Shown here in pieces: positions 47,737 to 56,904 of a stretch of DNA of 60,053 nt. Position 1 is the first letter of the stretch; each line of letters starts with the position of its first letter. The position numbers and the translations under genes are program-made. Location of the stretch: positions 12,328 through 72,380 of the forward strand of contig JAQTXL010000001.1 of assembly GCA_028688835.1 (NCBI GenBank), written 5' to 3'. Below the pieces are notes generated by a model. It was not told the DNA's origin and ran no database searches. It saw nothing but the letters and a program-made list of their open reading frames with translations. The DNA is from Candidatus Nanopelagicales bacterium (GTDB lineage Bacteria > Actinomycetota > Actinomycetes > S36-B12).

Positions 47737-49854
47737 ATGGCTCCGATAACCGTCGAACAGGTGAACTTGCTCCAGGTCCTGCACGATGCGCTCGATGCTG
47801 GAGACCACGCCCGTGTCCGTTCGCTGTTGGGCGCGGCATATGCCGGCCACCCTCTGGTGCCGGATCTCGACAGCCTTCTGCCGCTCACTTCTGCGGGCAG
47901 GGAGATCATCGCGGGGTACCTGCGCAGGCTTCCAGAGCCGAGGTTGGGAACGTCACTCTTCCTTGACGGCCTGATCGAGGACAATACGGCGTGCGGTGTT
48001 GAGTATGGGCTGATGGCGGTATGGCCGCGCACGATGTCATTCGAGCTTGTGCTCAATTGGCTGATCCGCCGCATGGCAGTGCCGTCCAAGCGGCTCGCAG
48101 TGCTGATGAGCGCCTCCAATGAGGGCCCCAAGATGCTGGAGTGGATCGCTCACTACAAGGCCATCGGCGCAGACTCCATCCTCATCTACACCAACGACAA
48201 CGATGACGGCTCGCATGAGCTCTTCGCGGCACTGAACGGACACCACGGCATCACGATCGTCCAGAATCCTCGGCCGCTTGAGGGCACGCCGGGCGCCGAC
48301 GCTGGCGTGCAGTACAAGGCCTATGGTCACGCGCTGTATGCCCTGCCGGTCCTGTATGACCACGAGTGGGTCGCGGTGGTCGATGCTGACGAAATCTGGA
48401 TACCGTCCCAGGGTGACGCCGGTCAAACGGTCACAGCGCCTGACCTCCTGCACAATGTCAAGGCCGACCAAGTCATTCTGCCTATGAAGTTCGTTGCCAG
48501 CCACCTGCTTGCCCGCGCTCCCGGCTCTTGCCTTGTCGACAGTTTCCGTTATGGGCAGGTCACCACTGAACCAGCCGAGAAGGCTTGGTACAAGGGCGTC
48601 GTGCGTCCTCGCACCGCGGTGCGGCTTCGGCTCAACAGTGCCTTGACGGTTCCCGAGGCCGTCACCATCGACGACCGCGACACGGTCATCCCGTGGACAG
48701 AGATGATGGACTCGCCACCCAGCTTCAAGGTCGATGCGGCAACGAGCGGCCATTTTGGCGAGATCCTGCACTTCTTCGCGCCTTCCTGGGCTGAATTTAC
48801 GGAGAAGGTGCGACGCGGACGTCCCCGTGCCGGGCACGCGCCTCGTGGCAAGGCCTACTTCTTCCTCGACCAAGGTGAGACGGAAGCCTTCACGTATCCG
48901 GCGGACCTGCGTGAGCGACTGCAGGCGTCAATTGAGGTTCTGTTGCAGGTGCCTGGCGTGCCGGAGGCGGTTGACCTGATCGAGACTCGCGCCGAGGCAG
49001 TTCGCGCCCACCTGCGCAGGAGGCTTGACGAACGAGGTCTCCCGTGGCTGGAGCCTCTGGCGGGGGACTATTCGATCGCTGAATTCGAGCAAGCGCGGGT
49101 TCGACTGCGCGAGGTGGTCGAAACCCTGGATGGCAATGCCCCTGCCGAAGCGGACCAGCGTGACGAGACGCCACCGGTCGCGACAACTGTGCTCACGACT
49201 GTGGAGTTCGATGCCGCCGAACCGCCCATGCTTGCCGAAGATTCGGCCACATTGACGCTCGTGCCCGAGATGGACGCTGAGACATACGCGTGGTTCGCCA
49301 CCACGGTGGGTGCCGAACCAGGGCTGCTGGAGTTCGGCTGTGGCGGCAGCACCTATGTCGCATCGACCAGGTGTCCGCTCATCGTGTCCGTCGAATCTGA
49401 CCGCTTGTGGATCGATAAAGTGGAGGCCGCGATTCGCGATCTGCAGAACCGACCGCTGGATAGCCGGATCAGGATCATCCACGGCGACATCGGCCCGACG
49501 AAGGCGTGGGGCAGGCCAGTGAACGCCGCCACCACGACGATGGGCCTGACCTATGCACTCAACCCACTGCTCACGCTCAGCGATGACGAGAGAAACGCGA
49601 TCACGTTGTGCCTGGTTGATGGCAGATTCAGGGTGGCCAGCGCAATGGCCGCCAGGCTGAGCATCCCCGGGCTGCGACGCATCCTGTTCGACGACTATGT
49701 GCCGCGACCGCACTACGCGCCCGTGGAGGAGCTCTTCGGCAAGCCGGAGATCGTCGGCCGCTCCGCGGTCTTCACGTTCTCCGGCCCGTTGGATGAGGCC
49801 CAGCGACAAGTTGCGTGGAGAGTCTTCGCCAAGTTCCAAGGCGACTCCAAGTGA
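47737..49854 (+). CDS. GT-A glycosyltransferase (Glyco_tranf_2_4/GT92-like) fused to a C-terminal Rossmann methyltransferase-like domain
   Basis: The N-terminal part reads NEGPKMLEWIAHYKAIGADSILIYTNDNDDGS ... VAVVDADEIW. The C-terminal roughly 200 aa read LLEFGCGGST...VSVESD...IIHGDIG...LVDGRFR (SAM motif-I-like). Confidence 0.65.
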   Translation: MAPITVEQVNLLQVLHDALDAGDHARVRSLLGAAYAGHPLVPDLDSLLPLTSAGREIIAGYLRRLPEPRLGTSLFLDGLIEDNTACGVEYGLMAVWPRTMSFELVLNWLIRRMAVPSKRLAVLMSASNEGPKMLEWIAHYKAIGADSILIYTNDNDDGSHELFAALNGHHGITIVQNPRPLEGTPGADAGVQYKAYGHALYALPVLYDHEWVAVVDADEIWIPSQGDAGQTVTAPDLLHNVKADQVILPMKFVASHLLARAPGSCLVDSFRYGQVTTEPAEKAWYKGVVRPRTAVRLRLNSALTVPEAVTIDDRDTVIPWTEMMDSPPSFKVDAATSGHFGEILHFFAPSWAEFTEKVRRGRPRAGHAPRGKAYFFLDQGETEAFTYPADLRERLQASIEVLLQVPGVPEAVDLIETRAEAVRAHLRRRLDERGLPWLEPLAGDYSIAEFEQARVRLREVVETLDGNAPAEADQRDETPPVATTVLTTVEFDAAEPPMLAEDSATLTLVPEMDAETYAWFATTVGAEPGLLEFGCGGSTYVASTRCPLIVSVESDRLWIDKVEAAIRDLQNRPLDSRIRIIHGDIGPTKAWGRPVNAATTTMGLTYALNPLLTLSDDERNAITLCLVDGRFRVASAMAARLSIPGLRRILFDDYVPRPHYAPVEELFGKPEIVGRSAVFTFSGPLDEAQRQVAWRVFAKFQGDSK

Positions 49855-49894
49855 TCGCTGATCAACCCGTCTTCAACGACCTCCTGGAGCAGTC

Positions 49895-51160
49895 ATGACC
49901 CGACCGACCAATCTCGTCGTCGTGGGGCTGGGCTATGTCGGCATGCCCCTGGTGTTGGAGGCAGCGTCCAAGGGTATGCAGGTCACTGGGCTCGACGTGG
50001 ACGCGCGTGTTGTGCTGCAGGTCAATGAGGGCCGGTCGCACATCGATGACATCCAGGATGCACAGGTGCTAGAGCTACTTGCGGTTGGCTTCAGTGCCAC
50101 CACTGATGCTGATGTGCTGCGTCAGGCCGACGTCATCGTCATCTGCGTTCCCACACCGCTCGATGCCGAACATCGGCCTGACCTGCGGGCTGTCGAGGCT
50201 GCGGGAGAGCAGATCTCCCAGAGACTCCAGCCCGGCCAGCTTGTCGTATTGGAGTCAACGTCCTACCCGGGCACGACTGAGGAGGTGCTCATCCCGATTC
50301 TCGAGACGAGTGGCCTGCGGTCTGGGGTTGACTTCAACGTCGCCTTCAGCCCCGAGCGCATTGATCCGGGGAACCCGCACTTCAAGCTTCGCAACACGCC
50401 CAAGGTCGTCGGAGGCTTGACGCTGGCCTGCCTCGACGCCGCTAAGACCTTCTATGGGCAGCTGGTCGATACCGTCGTGCCCGCGCGAGGCCTCCGTGAA
50501 GCGGAGCTCTCGAAGTTGCTGGAGAACACCTATCGTCACGTCAACATCGCGTTGGTCAACGAGATGGCAAGGTTCTGCTTCGAGCTGGGCATCGATCTGT
50601 GGGACGCGATCGACTGCGCCGCGTCCAAGCCCTTCGGATTCCAGGCCTTCTACCCGGGTCCTGGAGTCGGCGGCCATTGCATCCCGATTGACCCGAACTA
50701 CCTTTCCTTCCGGGTGCGATCCGTGCTGGGTCAGCCCTTCCGGTTCGTCGAGTTGGCCCAGGAAGTCAACTGGCAGATGCCGGACTACGTCGTGCTGCGT
50801 TCACAACTGCTGCTGAACGACGCACAGAAGTCGGTCAAGGGGTCGCGGATACTCGTCATCGGTGTTACCTACAAGGCAAATATCAGTGACCTGCGTGAAT
50901 CGCCGTCGTCGAGAATCGTCAATCTCCTGTGGACGCTGGGAGCACATGTCGAGTACTTCGATCCGCTCGCACCCGGATTCAGCGTGAATGACCGGCTCTT
51001 GGGCAGTCCGAAGACTCTTGCGGAGGGAGTGGCGTGGGCTGACTTGGTCATCGTCCTGCAGCACCATGACGGGGTGGATCTGTCGGTGTTGCATGACGCG
51101 GAAGTCACGACGCTCGACACGCGCGGGGTACTGCGCGGGCAGTCGATCCAGCGGCTGTAG
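49895..51160 (+). CDS. Nucleotide-sugar 6-dehydrogenase (UDP-glucose/UDP-N-acetylhexosamine dehydrogenase family)
   Basis: The N-terminal NAD fold is VVVGLGYVGMPL and the catalytic Cys motif is GVGGHCIPIDP. The C-terminal UDP-binding domain carries GVTYKANISDLRESP. Confidence 0.9.
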   Translation: MTRPTNLVVVGLGYVGMPLVLEAASKGMQVTGLDVDARVVLQVNEGRSHIDDIQDAQVLELLAVGFSATTDADVLRQADVIVICVPTPLDAEHRPDLRAVEAAGEQISQRLQPGQLVVLESTSYPGTTEEVLIPILETSGLRSGVDFNVAFSPERIDPGNPHFKLRNTPKVVGGLTLACLDAAKTFYGQLVDTVVPARGLREAELSKLLENTYRHVNIALVNEMARFCFELGIDLWDAIDCAASKPFGFQAFYPGPGVGGHCIPIDPNYLSFRVRSVLGQPFRFVELAQEVNWQMPDYVVLRSQLLLNDAQKSVKGSRILVIGVTYKANISDLRESPSSRIVNLLWTLGAHVEYFDPLAPGFSVNDRLLGSPKTLAEGVAWADLVIVLQHHDGVDLSVLHDAEVTTLDTRGVLRGQSIQRL

Positions 51161-51166
51161 TCGACT

Positions 51167-51907
51167 GTGCCTGATACGTCCAATGCGGGTCGGATCGTGA
51201 GAATGGCAGCGATGGATTCTGGCCAAGCAACGATCGTGGTGACCGGCAGTGCCCGAGGCGGCACATCGTTTGTCGCCAGCGTCTTGGGAAACCTTGGCAT
51301 CGAGATGGGCCGCGGCGCCCCACGATACGAGAACCCGTGGCTTCAGAAGGCCTTCACTGCTGGGGACATGCGAGCGGTCGGCCTGTACGTCGACTGCCTC
51401 AATGCCCAGTGGCCGGTGTGGGGTTGGAAGCTGCCGGCACTCTCGGACCGACTCTCAGAAATCGATGCGATACTCAGGAGACCTCGCTACATTCTCGTAT
51501 TCCGTGACCCGGTTGCGACGACGACTCACAAACTTACGAAATCAATCCAGAACGCGGATGAGCGGCGAATCATCAGGCAAGTACTGCGCGAGAGTCAGCG
51601 CATGATGCGGATGATCGACTTCGTTGGCTTGACGCGCAGTCCCGTACTTATGCTTTCACACGAGAAGGCCGTGTCAGATCCAGCAGCGACCGTTTCATTG
51701 GTCGCGAAGTTCTGCGGAAGCCCGGCCACTGACCTCGATGGGATTGTCGCGGCAGTCGGACGAGATTCGCGTTCCTACTCCGATGCCGGTTCGGTCCAGT
51801 CCCACAAGCCGAGTGCCTGGGGGCCGATGGATCATGCACTGTGGGCAGTGGCTGAAGAGCACGGTCTGCCACTCGCATCCCGGCGCGGCCACCCCAAGGC
51901 TCAGTAG
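51167..51907 (+). CDS. Sulfotransferase-family protein
   Basis: The P-loop-like 5'-PSB motif is VVTGSARGGTSFV and the 3'-PB-like motif is YILVFRDPV. About 240 aa. The start is GTG 51167 or ATG 51203. Confidence 0.6.
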   Translation: MPDTSNAGRIVRMAAMDSGQATIVVTGSARGGTSFVASVLGNLGIEMGRGAPRYENPWLQKAFTAGDMRAVGLYVDCLNAQWPVWGWKLPALSDRLSEIDAILRRPRYILVFRDPVATTTHKLTKSIQNADERRIIRQVLRESQRMMRMIDFVGLTRSPVLMLSHEKAVSDPAATVSLVAKFCGSPATDLDGIVAAVGRDSRSYSDAGSVQSHKPSAWGPMDHALWAVAEEHGLPLASRRGHPKAQ

Positions 51908-52590
51908 CCCAGGGCAGCAATCTCATCCAGGACTGCGGACCCCCACGATGCATTGGCATGCGACCAGTTCGGGCCCCAGAACGATTCCTGCAGAAACCCA
52001 TCAGGCGCTGTGCCGACACCGACTCCCAGCAGCGGCACGCCGAGATCCTCCAGTAGCGCTCGTACCGGATCACGAAAACTCTGATCCAGATCCAGGACGC
52101 CTTCTGTGCCGAGCCAATCCACCGCGCGATGACGCGCTTGCGGAGCAGGAGCCGCGACAGCGGCAGCCAGGACGCCGTGATGCTGCACTTGCCTGAAGAA
52201 TGCAAGTACTTGAGCCTGGAGTCCTTCGACGATTCGATCGAGCACTCCTGACGTGACGAAGGCCTTGCTTGAGTCGGTGGTGCTGTAGGACTTCCACATC
52301 GGATTCCCATACAGGAGCGGTGACGCAGTTCCAAGCGACACGATCAGCTTCGGAGTGGAACGATCAAACGTCGATGGCGCTCCTGCTAGTTCGCGCCATT
52401 GCCCGAGCCGCTCGCCGAAGACTGCCGGATCGAGCGCCACGCTTGTGCCGTCGGCAATGAAGAAGGGCTCACAAAAGGCCCCTGCGGATGACAGGAATCC
52501 GCCAGTCACTCGTGGGAATTCTAGCTCAGCATTTGCCTGCTGGATTGCAATGCAATTCGAGTCACCGACAAGCAGTGGAAGTGGCGTCAT
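51901..52590 (-). CDS. SGNH/GDSL-like hydrolase or esterase (tentative)
   Basis: N-terminal LLVGDSN block-I-like motif, with His-containing NWSHAN near the C-terminus. 4-nt overlap with the upstream GSCFA gene. Weak assignment. Confidence 0.4.
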   Translation of the reverse strand: MTPLPLLVGDSNCIAIQQANAELEFPRVTGGFLSSAGAFCEPFFIADGTSVALDPAVFGERLGQWRELAGAPSTFDRSTPKLIVSLGTASPLLYGNPMWKSYSTTDSSKAFVTSGVLDRIVEGLQAQVLAFFRQVQHHGVLAAAVAAPAPQARHRAVDWLGTEGVLDLDQSFRDPVRALLEDLGVPLLGVGVGTAPDGFLQESFWGPNWSHANASWGSAVLDEIAALGY

Positions 52591-53687
52591 TTGAATGCGT
52601 CCAGGGCTGCCTCATCGCACAATACATCTTCGTCGAACGAGTCTACTGCGCGCTTCTGGACTGGAGGGATCGCAGACCGACTGCCAAGAGAAGGATCATC
52701 GAGGCAGAAGGACTCAAGGAAGGCATCCATGACGGTGTCGACCGCTGCCGAGCGCACCGTACGGAGATTGTTCTCGAAGTTCTCGCTGCGCGCACTGGGC
52801 GTTGTGATGAGTTCATAGGACGGAAAGTAGTCAACTCCAGGGAAGGACGCGGCGAGATCGCCTGCGACCGCCCGCAGCACTGATTTTGAGTAGGTAGTAG
52901 CAGCAAGCACGTGGTTGCCTGAAGCCGTTGCTGTCAGGGGCACCGGCGAGACGGTGAGCACGAATCTGAGGTTGGGCCTTCGCCGACGCAATGTGGAGAT
53001 GACCCATTCCATGTCCGAATAGACCTCCGGGTAGGTCATGTTCACAAGAACGTGACGGTCCTCGTCGAATTCACCAGCGACAGTGCCAGGGCAGACGGGG
53101 AATGCAGCACCATCAGCGCGCGAGCGCCAGGATTCGGTGAGTCCAAGCGTGAAGACGAGGACGTCGATCCGTCGAAACAGCCTCCTGACACTCCGGAGGT
53201 GGCTTTCCCTACTCGCCTCAAGCTCTGCGCGGGACGCGAATCCACCGGGTTCGATGGAGGGTCGAAAGGGGTCGAACCACCGGCCGTCTGTCTCCCATGC
53301 GTCTTCGATCGGCCTGAACTTGCCGAATGCTCGCGCGATCAGTTGGCGCAGCTGACGAGTTGTGTAGATGTTCCCGTAGCGCGCCGAGTAGATCCCGTAT
53401 CCGAAGTCCGAATGAAGTTCGTGAGCCAGCATTGGTGGGGCCGGCTCCACGTCGGCCAGGCGAAAGCCTGAGCGACGCAGGGCACGCCCGATGTGCTGAG
53501 CAAAGCAACTACCCGCGGTGCCGATGAGGTCCGTACTCGAAATGCGGATCTCGGGAGGATTCGGCACGTCGCGTGGGACAAGCCCTTGCGCAAGTCCTGC
53601 TCTCCAAAACGATCGGTCGGGCAGGTCGCTATACGGCGTCGACAAGTGCCACCTCCAAGATGCTCGCTCGCGAACACTACAACGCAC
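52587..53687 (-). CDS. GSCFA-family protein
   Basis: It contains the eponymous GTAGSCFAQHIG motif, plus YTTRQL and VFTLGLTESW, which are typical of PF08885. The start is uncertain. Confidence 0.75.
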   Translation of the reverse strand: MRCSVRERASWRWHLSTPYSDLPDRSFWRAGLAQGLVPRDVPNPPEIRISSTDLIGTAGSCFAQHIGRALRRSGFRLADVEPAPPMLAHELHSDFGYGIYSARYGNIYTTRQLRQLIARAFGKFRPIEDAWETDGRWFDPFRPSIEPGGFASRAELEASRESHLRSVRRLFRRIDVLVFTLGLTESWRSRADGAAFPVCPGTVAGEFDEDRHVLVNMTYPEVYSDMEWVISTLRRRRPNLRFVLTVSPVPLTATASGNHVLAATTYSKSVLRAVAGDLAASFPGVDYFPSYELITTPSARSENFENNLRTVRSAAVDTVMDAFLESFCLDDPSLGSRSAIPPVQKRAVDSFDEDVLCDEAALDAFK

Positions 53688-53768
53688 TCAAGCCTGACGG
53701 AGGCGTCGTTCGCGGCCGCGACAGCGCTACCCGGCGCCTCACGGCGGTCATCGCGTAACCTTCACTGC

Positions 53769-55457
53769 ATGAACTCGCCTGTCACCGTGAGGTTCCGCGT
53801 CATGGTAGGGCTGTCGGTCGCAGGCGCGATTGTGGTCATACTCTGGCTGGGATTCAGCTTGGTGAGCACGCTCATGGATGCGCGTGCCCTGCGCAATTCG
53901 ATCGGCGCAGCACAGGAGTCGGTCGGACGCCTCGACGCGGCAGCGGCAGCGCAAGACCTGGCGGCAGTTCAACTTGAGGCGACTCGGACGCGGGCGTCCA
54001 CCAGTGGTCTTGCGTGGCGGATAGCCGAGCACGTACCAGTCTTCGCCGGCACTGCGCGGGCGACGACTGCCCTTGCGGAGGTTGCGGACGATCTGGCCGC
54101 CGCTGTGGAGCCGATGGTGAAGTCGCTGCAGGGCACCACCACGACGGCTGATAAGGCTCTCGCCGTTCTGCATGAGCCGGAGTCATTGGCCAAGCTCGCC
54201 GTCACCGTGCGCGCTGCGGCCGAACGGATGAACGGCGTCTCTGCAGGCCTGCTCATGTTCGGGTTGGGGGGCGCCGTCAGCGAGGCGCAGCAAGCGCTCC
54301 CGGCAATGGCAGATTCCCTTGAGTCGATGGCCAAGGCCACAGGCCCGATGCTCAGCATGCTAGGAGCGGACAGGCCGACAACCTGGCTTGTCATGGCGCA
54401 GAATCCCGACGAGATTCGCGGTTCAGGCGGCCTGTTCAGCGCCTACCTGCTGGTGCGCTTCACCGACGGGAAGATGGAGATCGTCGAGGCCGGCAGCCGC
54501 AAGCAGCTCGACCGCGAGTTCCCGCGCACCGAGCAGATCCCCTATTTCACGGCGACCGACATCGATACGGCCAGCACCTGGGGGCCGTCGCTGGGGGAGT
54601 GGGCGGTGTTCAACATCGCGCCTGACTTCCCGACGGTGGCCAGGCTGGCAGCGGCCGGCATGGCCAAGCGTGGCACGCCGGTCGATGGCGTGATCGCGAT
54701 CGACCCCGCGATCACGGCCGCGATCCTGGCGGGCACAGGTTCGGTCGAGCATGCTGGCGTGACCATCGATGCGTCCAATGCCCAGGAGTTCTTCTCCAAG
54801 GGCCTGTATGAGAAGTACCCGGGATTCGCGGACGTGCAGGCCAAGGATCAGTTGGCGATGGGCCTGACCTACGCCACGATCGATGCGGCCATGAAGCGGC
54901 CGCTCGACGTCTCGTCACTGTGGTCGGCGATGCAAGCGGCCATCGAGGGCGGCCACCTGAAGGTCTGGGCCAAGAAGCCGGCGAACCAGGACTGGCTCAT
55001 GACCCTGCCGGTGGCGTCGGCGTTCGCGCAGCAGCCGAATGTGCCAGTGGTGGGGTTCGTGAACGCAACCGGAGGCAAGCTCGACGCCTACATCAGCCGC
55101 GACGTGACGATCGACACGAGCCGGTGCCCTGCGGACAAGGAGATCGACCTCCGGGTCGAGATGAAGAACTCGGCACCGACCGGGCTTCCGGGGTATGTCG
55201 ATGTGAGCCTCGACCAGAACGGTGATCCGGATCCATCCGTGCGGCCGGGATACTCGAAGACGCTCGTCACTGTCTATGGGCCGGGCAGCGCGGCGCCTGG
55301 CGCGTCCTACAGAACCACTGCCACGCTCGAAGGCAAGTCTGTTTCGCCGGTCTACGGAAGCACAGCTGGCAGGCCCAACTGGATGTTCACGGTGCCGCTG
55401 CAGCGAGGGGAATCGGCCACGATCGCCACGACCCTGAAGGTCTCCACCTGCCCCTGA
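53769..55457 (+). CDS. DUF4012-domain membrane-anchored protein
   Basis: ATG 53769 (MNSPVTVRFRVMVGLSVAGAIVVILWL...). One TM anchor, then a helical region with LAWRIAEHVPVFAGTA, then MAQNPDEIRGSGGLFSAY, the typical DUF4012 core. The upstream 92 codons of the ORF overlap the divergent gene region. Confidence 0.75.
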   Translation: MNSPVTVRFRVMVGLSVAGAIVVILWLGFSLVSTLMDARALRNSIGAAQESVGRLDAAAAAQDLAAVQLEATRTRASTSGLAWRIAEHVPVFAGTARATTALAEVADDLAAAVEPMVKSLQGTTTTADKALAVLHEPESLAKLAVTVRAAAERMNGVSAGLLMFGLGGAVSEAQQALPAMADSLESMAKATGPMLSMLGADRPTTWLVMAQNPDEIRGSGGLFSAYLLVRFTDGKMEIVEAGSRKQLDREFPRTEQIPYFTATDIDTASTWGPSLGEWAVFNIAPDFPTVARLAAAGMAKRGTPVDGVIAIDPAITAAILAGTGSVEHAGVTIDASNAQEFFSKGLYEKYPGFADVQAKDQLAMGLTYATIDAAMKRPLDVSSLWSAMQAAIEGGHLKVWAKKPANQDWLMTLPVASAFAQQPNVPVVGFVNATGGKLDAYISRDVTIDTSRCPADKEIDLRVEMKNSAPTGLPGYVDVSLDQNGDPDPSVRPGYSKTLVTVYGPGSAAPGASYRTTATLEGKSVSPVYGSTAGRPNWMFTVPLQRGESATIATTLKVSTCP

Positions 55458-55594
55458 TTCGGGGGGCCGGTGGTGGTTGCCGACTTGGTGTCGAGTATGT
55501 CCGAACCTGCGCTATTGTCTGCTCAAGTGTTTGGGCGGTCTCACCGGCTGGGCGCTCAGGTGTTCGGGGGGCCTTGGCCCAAGGAGGAGGACAG

Positions 55595-56116
55595 ATGTCA
55601 CGGATTCGCAAGTCATTCGCGGTGATGATCGCCACTGTCGCCATCGGCGGCGGCATCGTCGCCATCGCACCGTCGGCCTCGGCTGCACTGTGCGGCTACC
55701 CGCCGGTTGAGTGCCCGGCGACCAACACCAACCCGCCCGAGCCGCAGCGCATCGGCGCGACTCCGGCTGCCGCGGCCCAGGCCGGCATGACTCTGCCCAG
55801 CCAGGAGACGGCCCGGGAGACTCCGCCGACAGCTCCGCCAGCCAGGCCTTCGGTGAACAAGATCGGCCAGGCACCGAGGATTCCCGCCGAGCGCGGTGAC
55901 ACTGTCCGCGTGCGGACCACGGTCACGCCTGCGACGACCTACCGCGTCAAGGTCAAGCGCAACGACGGCCCCTACAACTTCGTCGGCACGGTCACGGCCA
56001 ATGCCAACGGATCCATCACGCTGCCGGCGATCCAGTACGACCGCCGTGGCATCTACACCATTGCTCTAGAGGATGGCGCCGGTTCGACTTTCTACGTCAA
56101 GGTCAACGTCGAGTAG
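55595..56116 (+). CDS. Small secreted protein: signal peptide, Pro-rich linker, beta-rich C-terminal domain
   Basis: A strong SD (AAGGAGGAGG) lies before ATG 55595. The signal peptide is MSRIRKSFAVMIATVAIGGGIVAIAPSASA. No recognisable family. Confidence 0.6.
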   Translation: MSRIRKSFAVMIATVAIGGGIVAIAPSASAALCGYPPVECPATNTNPPEPQRIGATPAAAAQAGMTLPSQETARETPPTAPPARPSVNKIGQAPRIPAERGDTVRVRTTVTPATTYRVKVKRNDGPYNFVGTVTANANGSITLPAIQYDRRGIYTIALEDGAGSTFYVKVNVE

Positions 56117-56132
56117 GTCCCCTGAGATCTGC

Positions 56133-56170
56133 CACGAGGGCTGCACTCCATCTGGAGTGCGGCCCTCGTG
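56133..56170 (+). terminator. Rho-independent-like terminator (18-bp arms with one G-U pair)
   Basis: CACGAGGGCTGCACTCCA-tc-TGGAGTGCGGCCCTCGTG is followed by the T-rich CTCTTCCGGGTTCTTCG. Confidence 0.6.
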
Positions 56171-56262
56171 CTCTTCCGGGTTCTTCGCCTGGTGTTGCCC
56201 CTTTCCGCATGCGTCCTGGTAACGCCCGGATCGGCCCCCGCTGGGGCCGGTAGGGTTGCGCC

Positions 56263-56904
56263 GTGAGTTCGCGCATCGTGGTCCTGGCCTCAGGCTCGGG
56301 CACGCTGCTGCAGGCCCTGCTCGACTCGCTGGTCGGGTCGCAGATCGTGGGCGTGGTCTCCGATGTCCCCGCGTGCGGGGCGGTCATCCGCGCGCAGGCG
56401 GCCGGGGTCGCGACCGTGGTCGTGGAGCCCTCCGCTTTCGCTGACCGGGGTGCGTGGAACGCCGAGATGCTGACGTCGCTGGAATCCCTGGCGCCCAACC
56501 TCGTGGTCTCCGCCGGGTTCATGCGCATCCTGGGGCCGTCGGTCGTCTCGGCCTTCCGGGGCCGCCTCATCAACACCCACCCGGCGCTGCTGCCGTCGTT
56601 CCCGGGCGCCCACGGCGTACGCGATGCGCTGGCCTATGGCGTGCGGGTCTCGGGCTGCACGCTGCACTATGTCGACGAGGGCGTCGACACCGGCCAGATC
56701 ATCGCCCAGCGCGCAGTGCCGGTGCTCGAGCACGACGATGAGCCCACCCTGCACGAGCGCATCAAGGTGCAGGAGCGCTCGATGCTCATCGAGGCCCTGC
56801 TGCAGTTCGTCGCCACTGGGGCGATGGGCACCGGCGCCCCTGCACCTGCTCCTGCTGCCCTTCCATCTTCTGTAGATCACGCATCGAAACGGAGCACTCC
56901 ATGA
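56263..56904 (+). CDS. purN: Phosphoribosylglycinamide formyltransferase
   Basis: [31 protein letters not shown], the catalytic Asp context. GTG start. Confidence 0.93.
   Translation: MSSRIVVLASGSGTLLQALLDSLVGSQIVGVVSDVPACGAVIRAQAAGVATVVVEPSAFADRGAWNAEMLTSLESLAPNLVVSAGFMRILGPSVVSAFRGRLINTHPALLPSFPGAHGVRDALAYGVRVSGCTLHYVDEGVDTGQIIAQRAVPVLEHDDEPTLHERIKVQERSMLIEALLQFVATGAMGTGAPAPAPAALPSSVDHASKRSTP

Noticed and set aside
53493-53768. Upstream 92 codons of the DUF4012 ORF.
   Set aside because: They overlap the 5' end of the divergent GSCFA gene and its promoter region. The TM anchor and a typical N-terminus follow ATG 53769.
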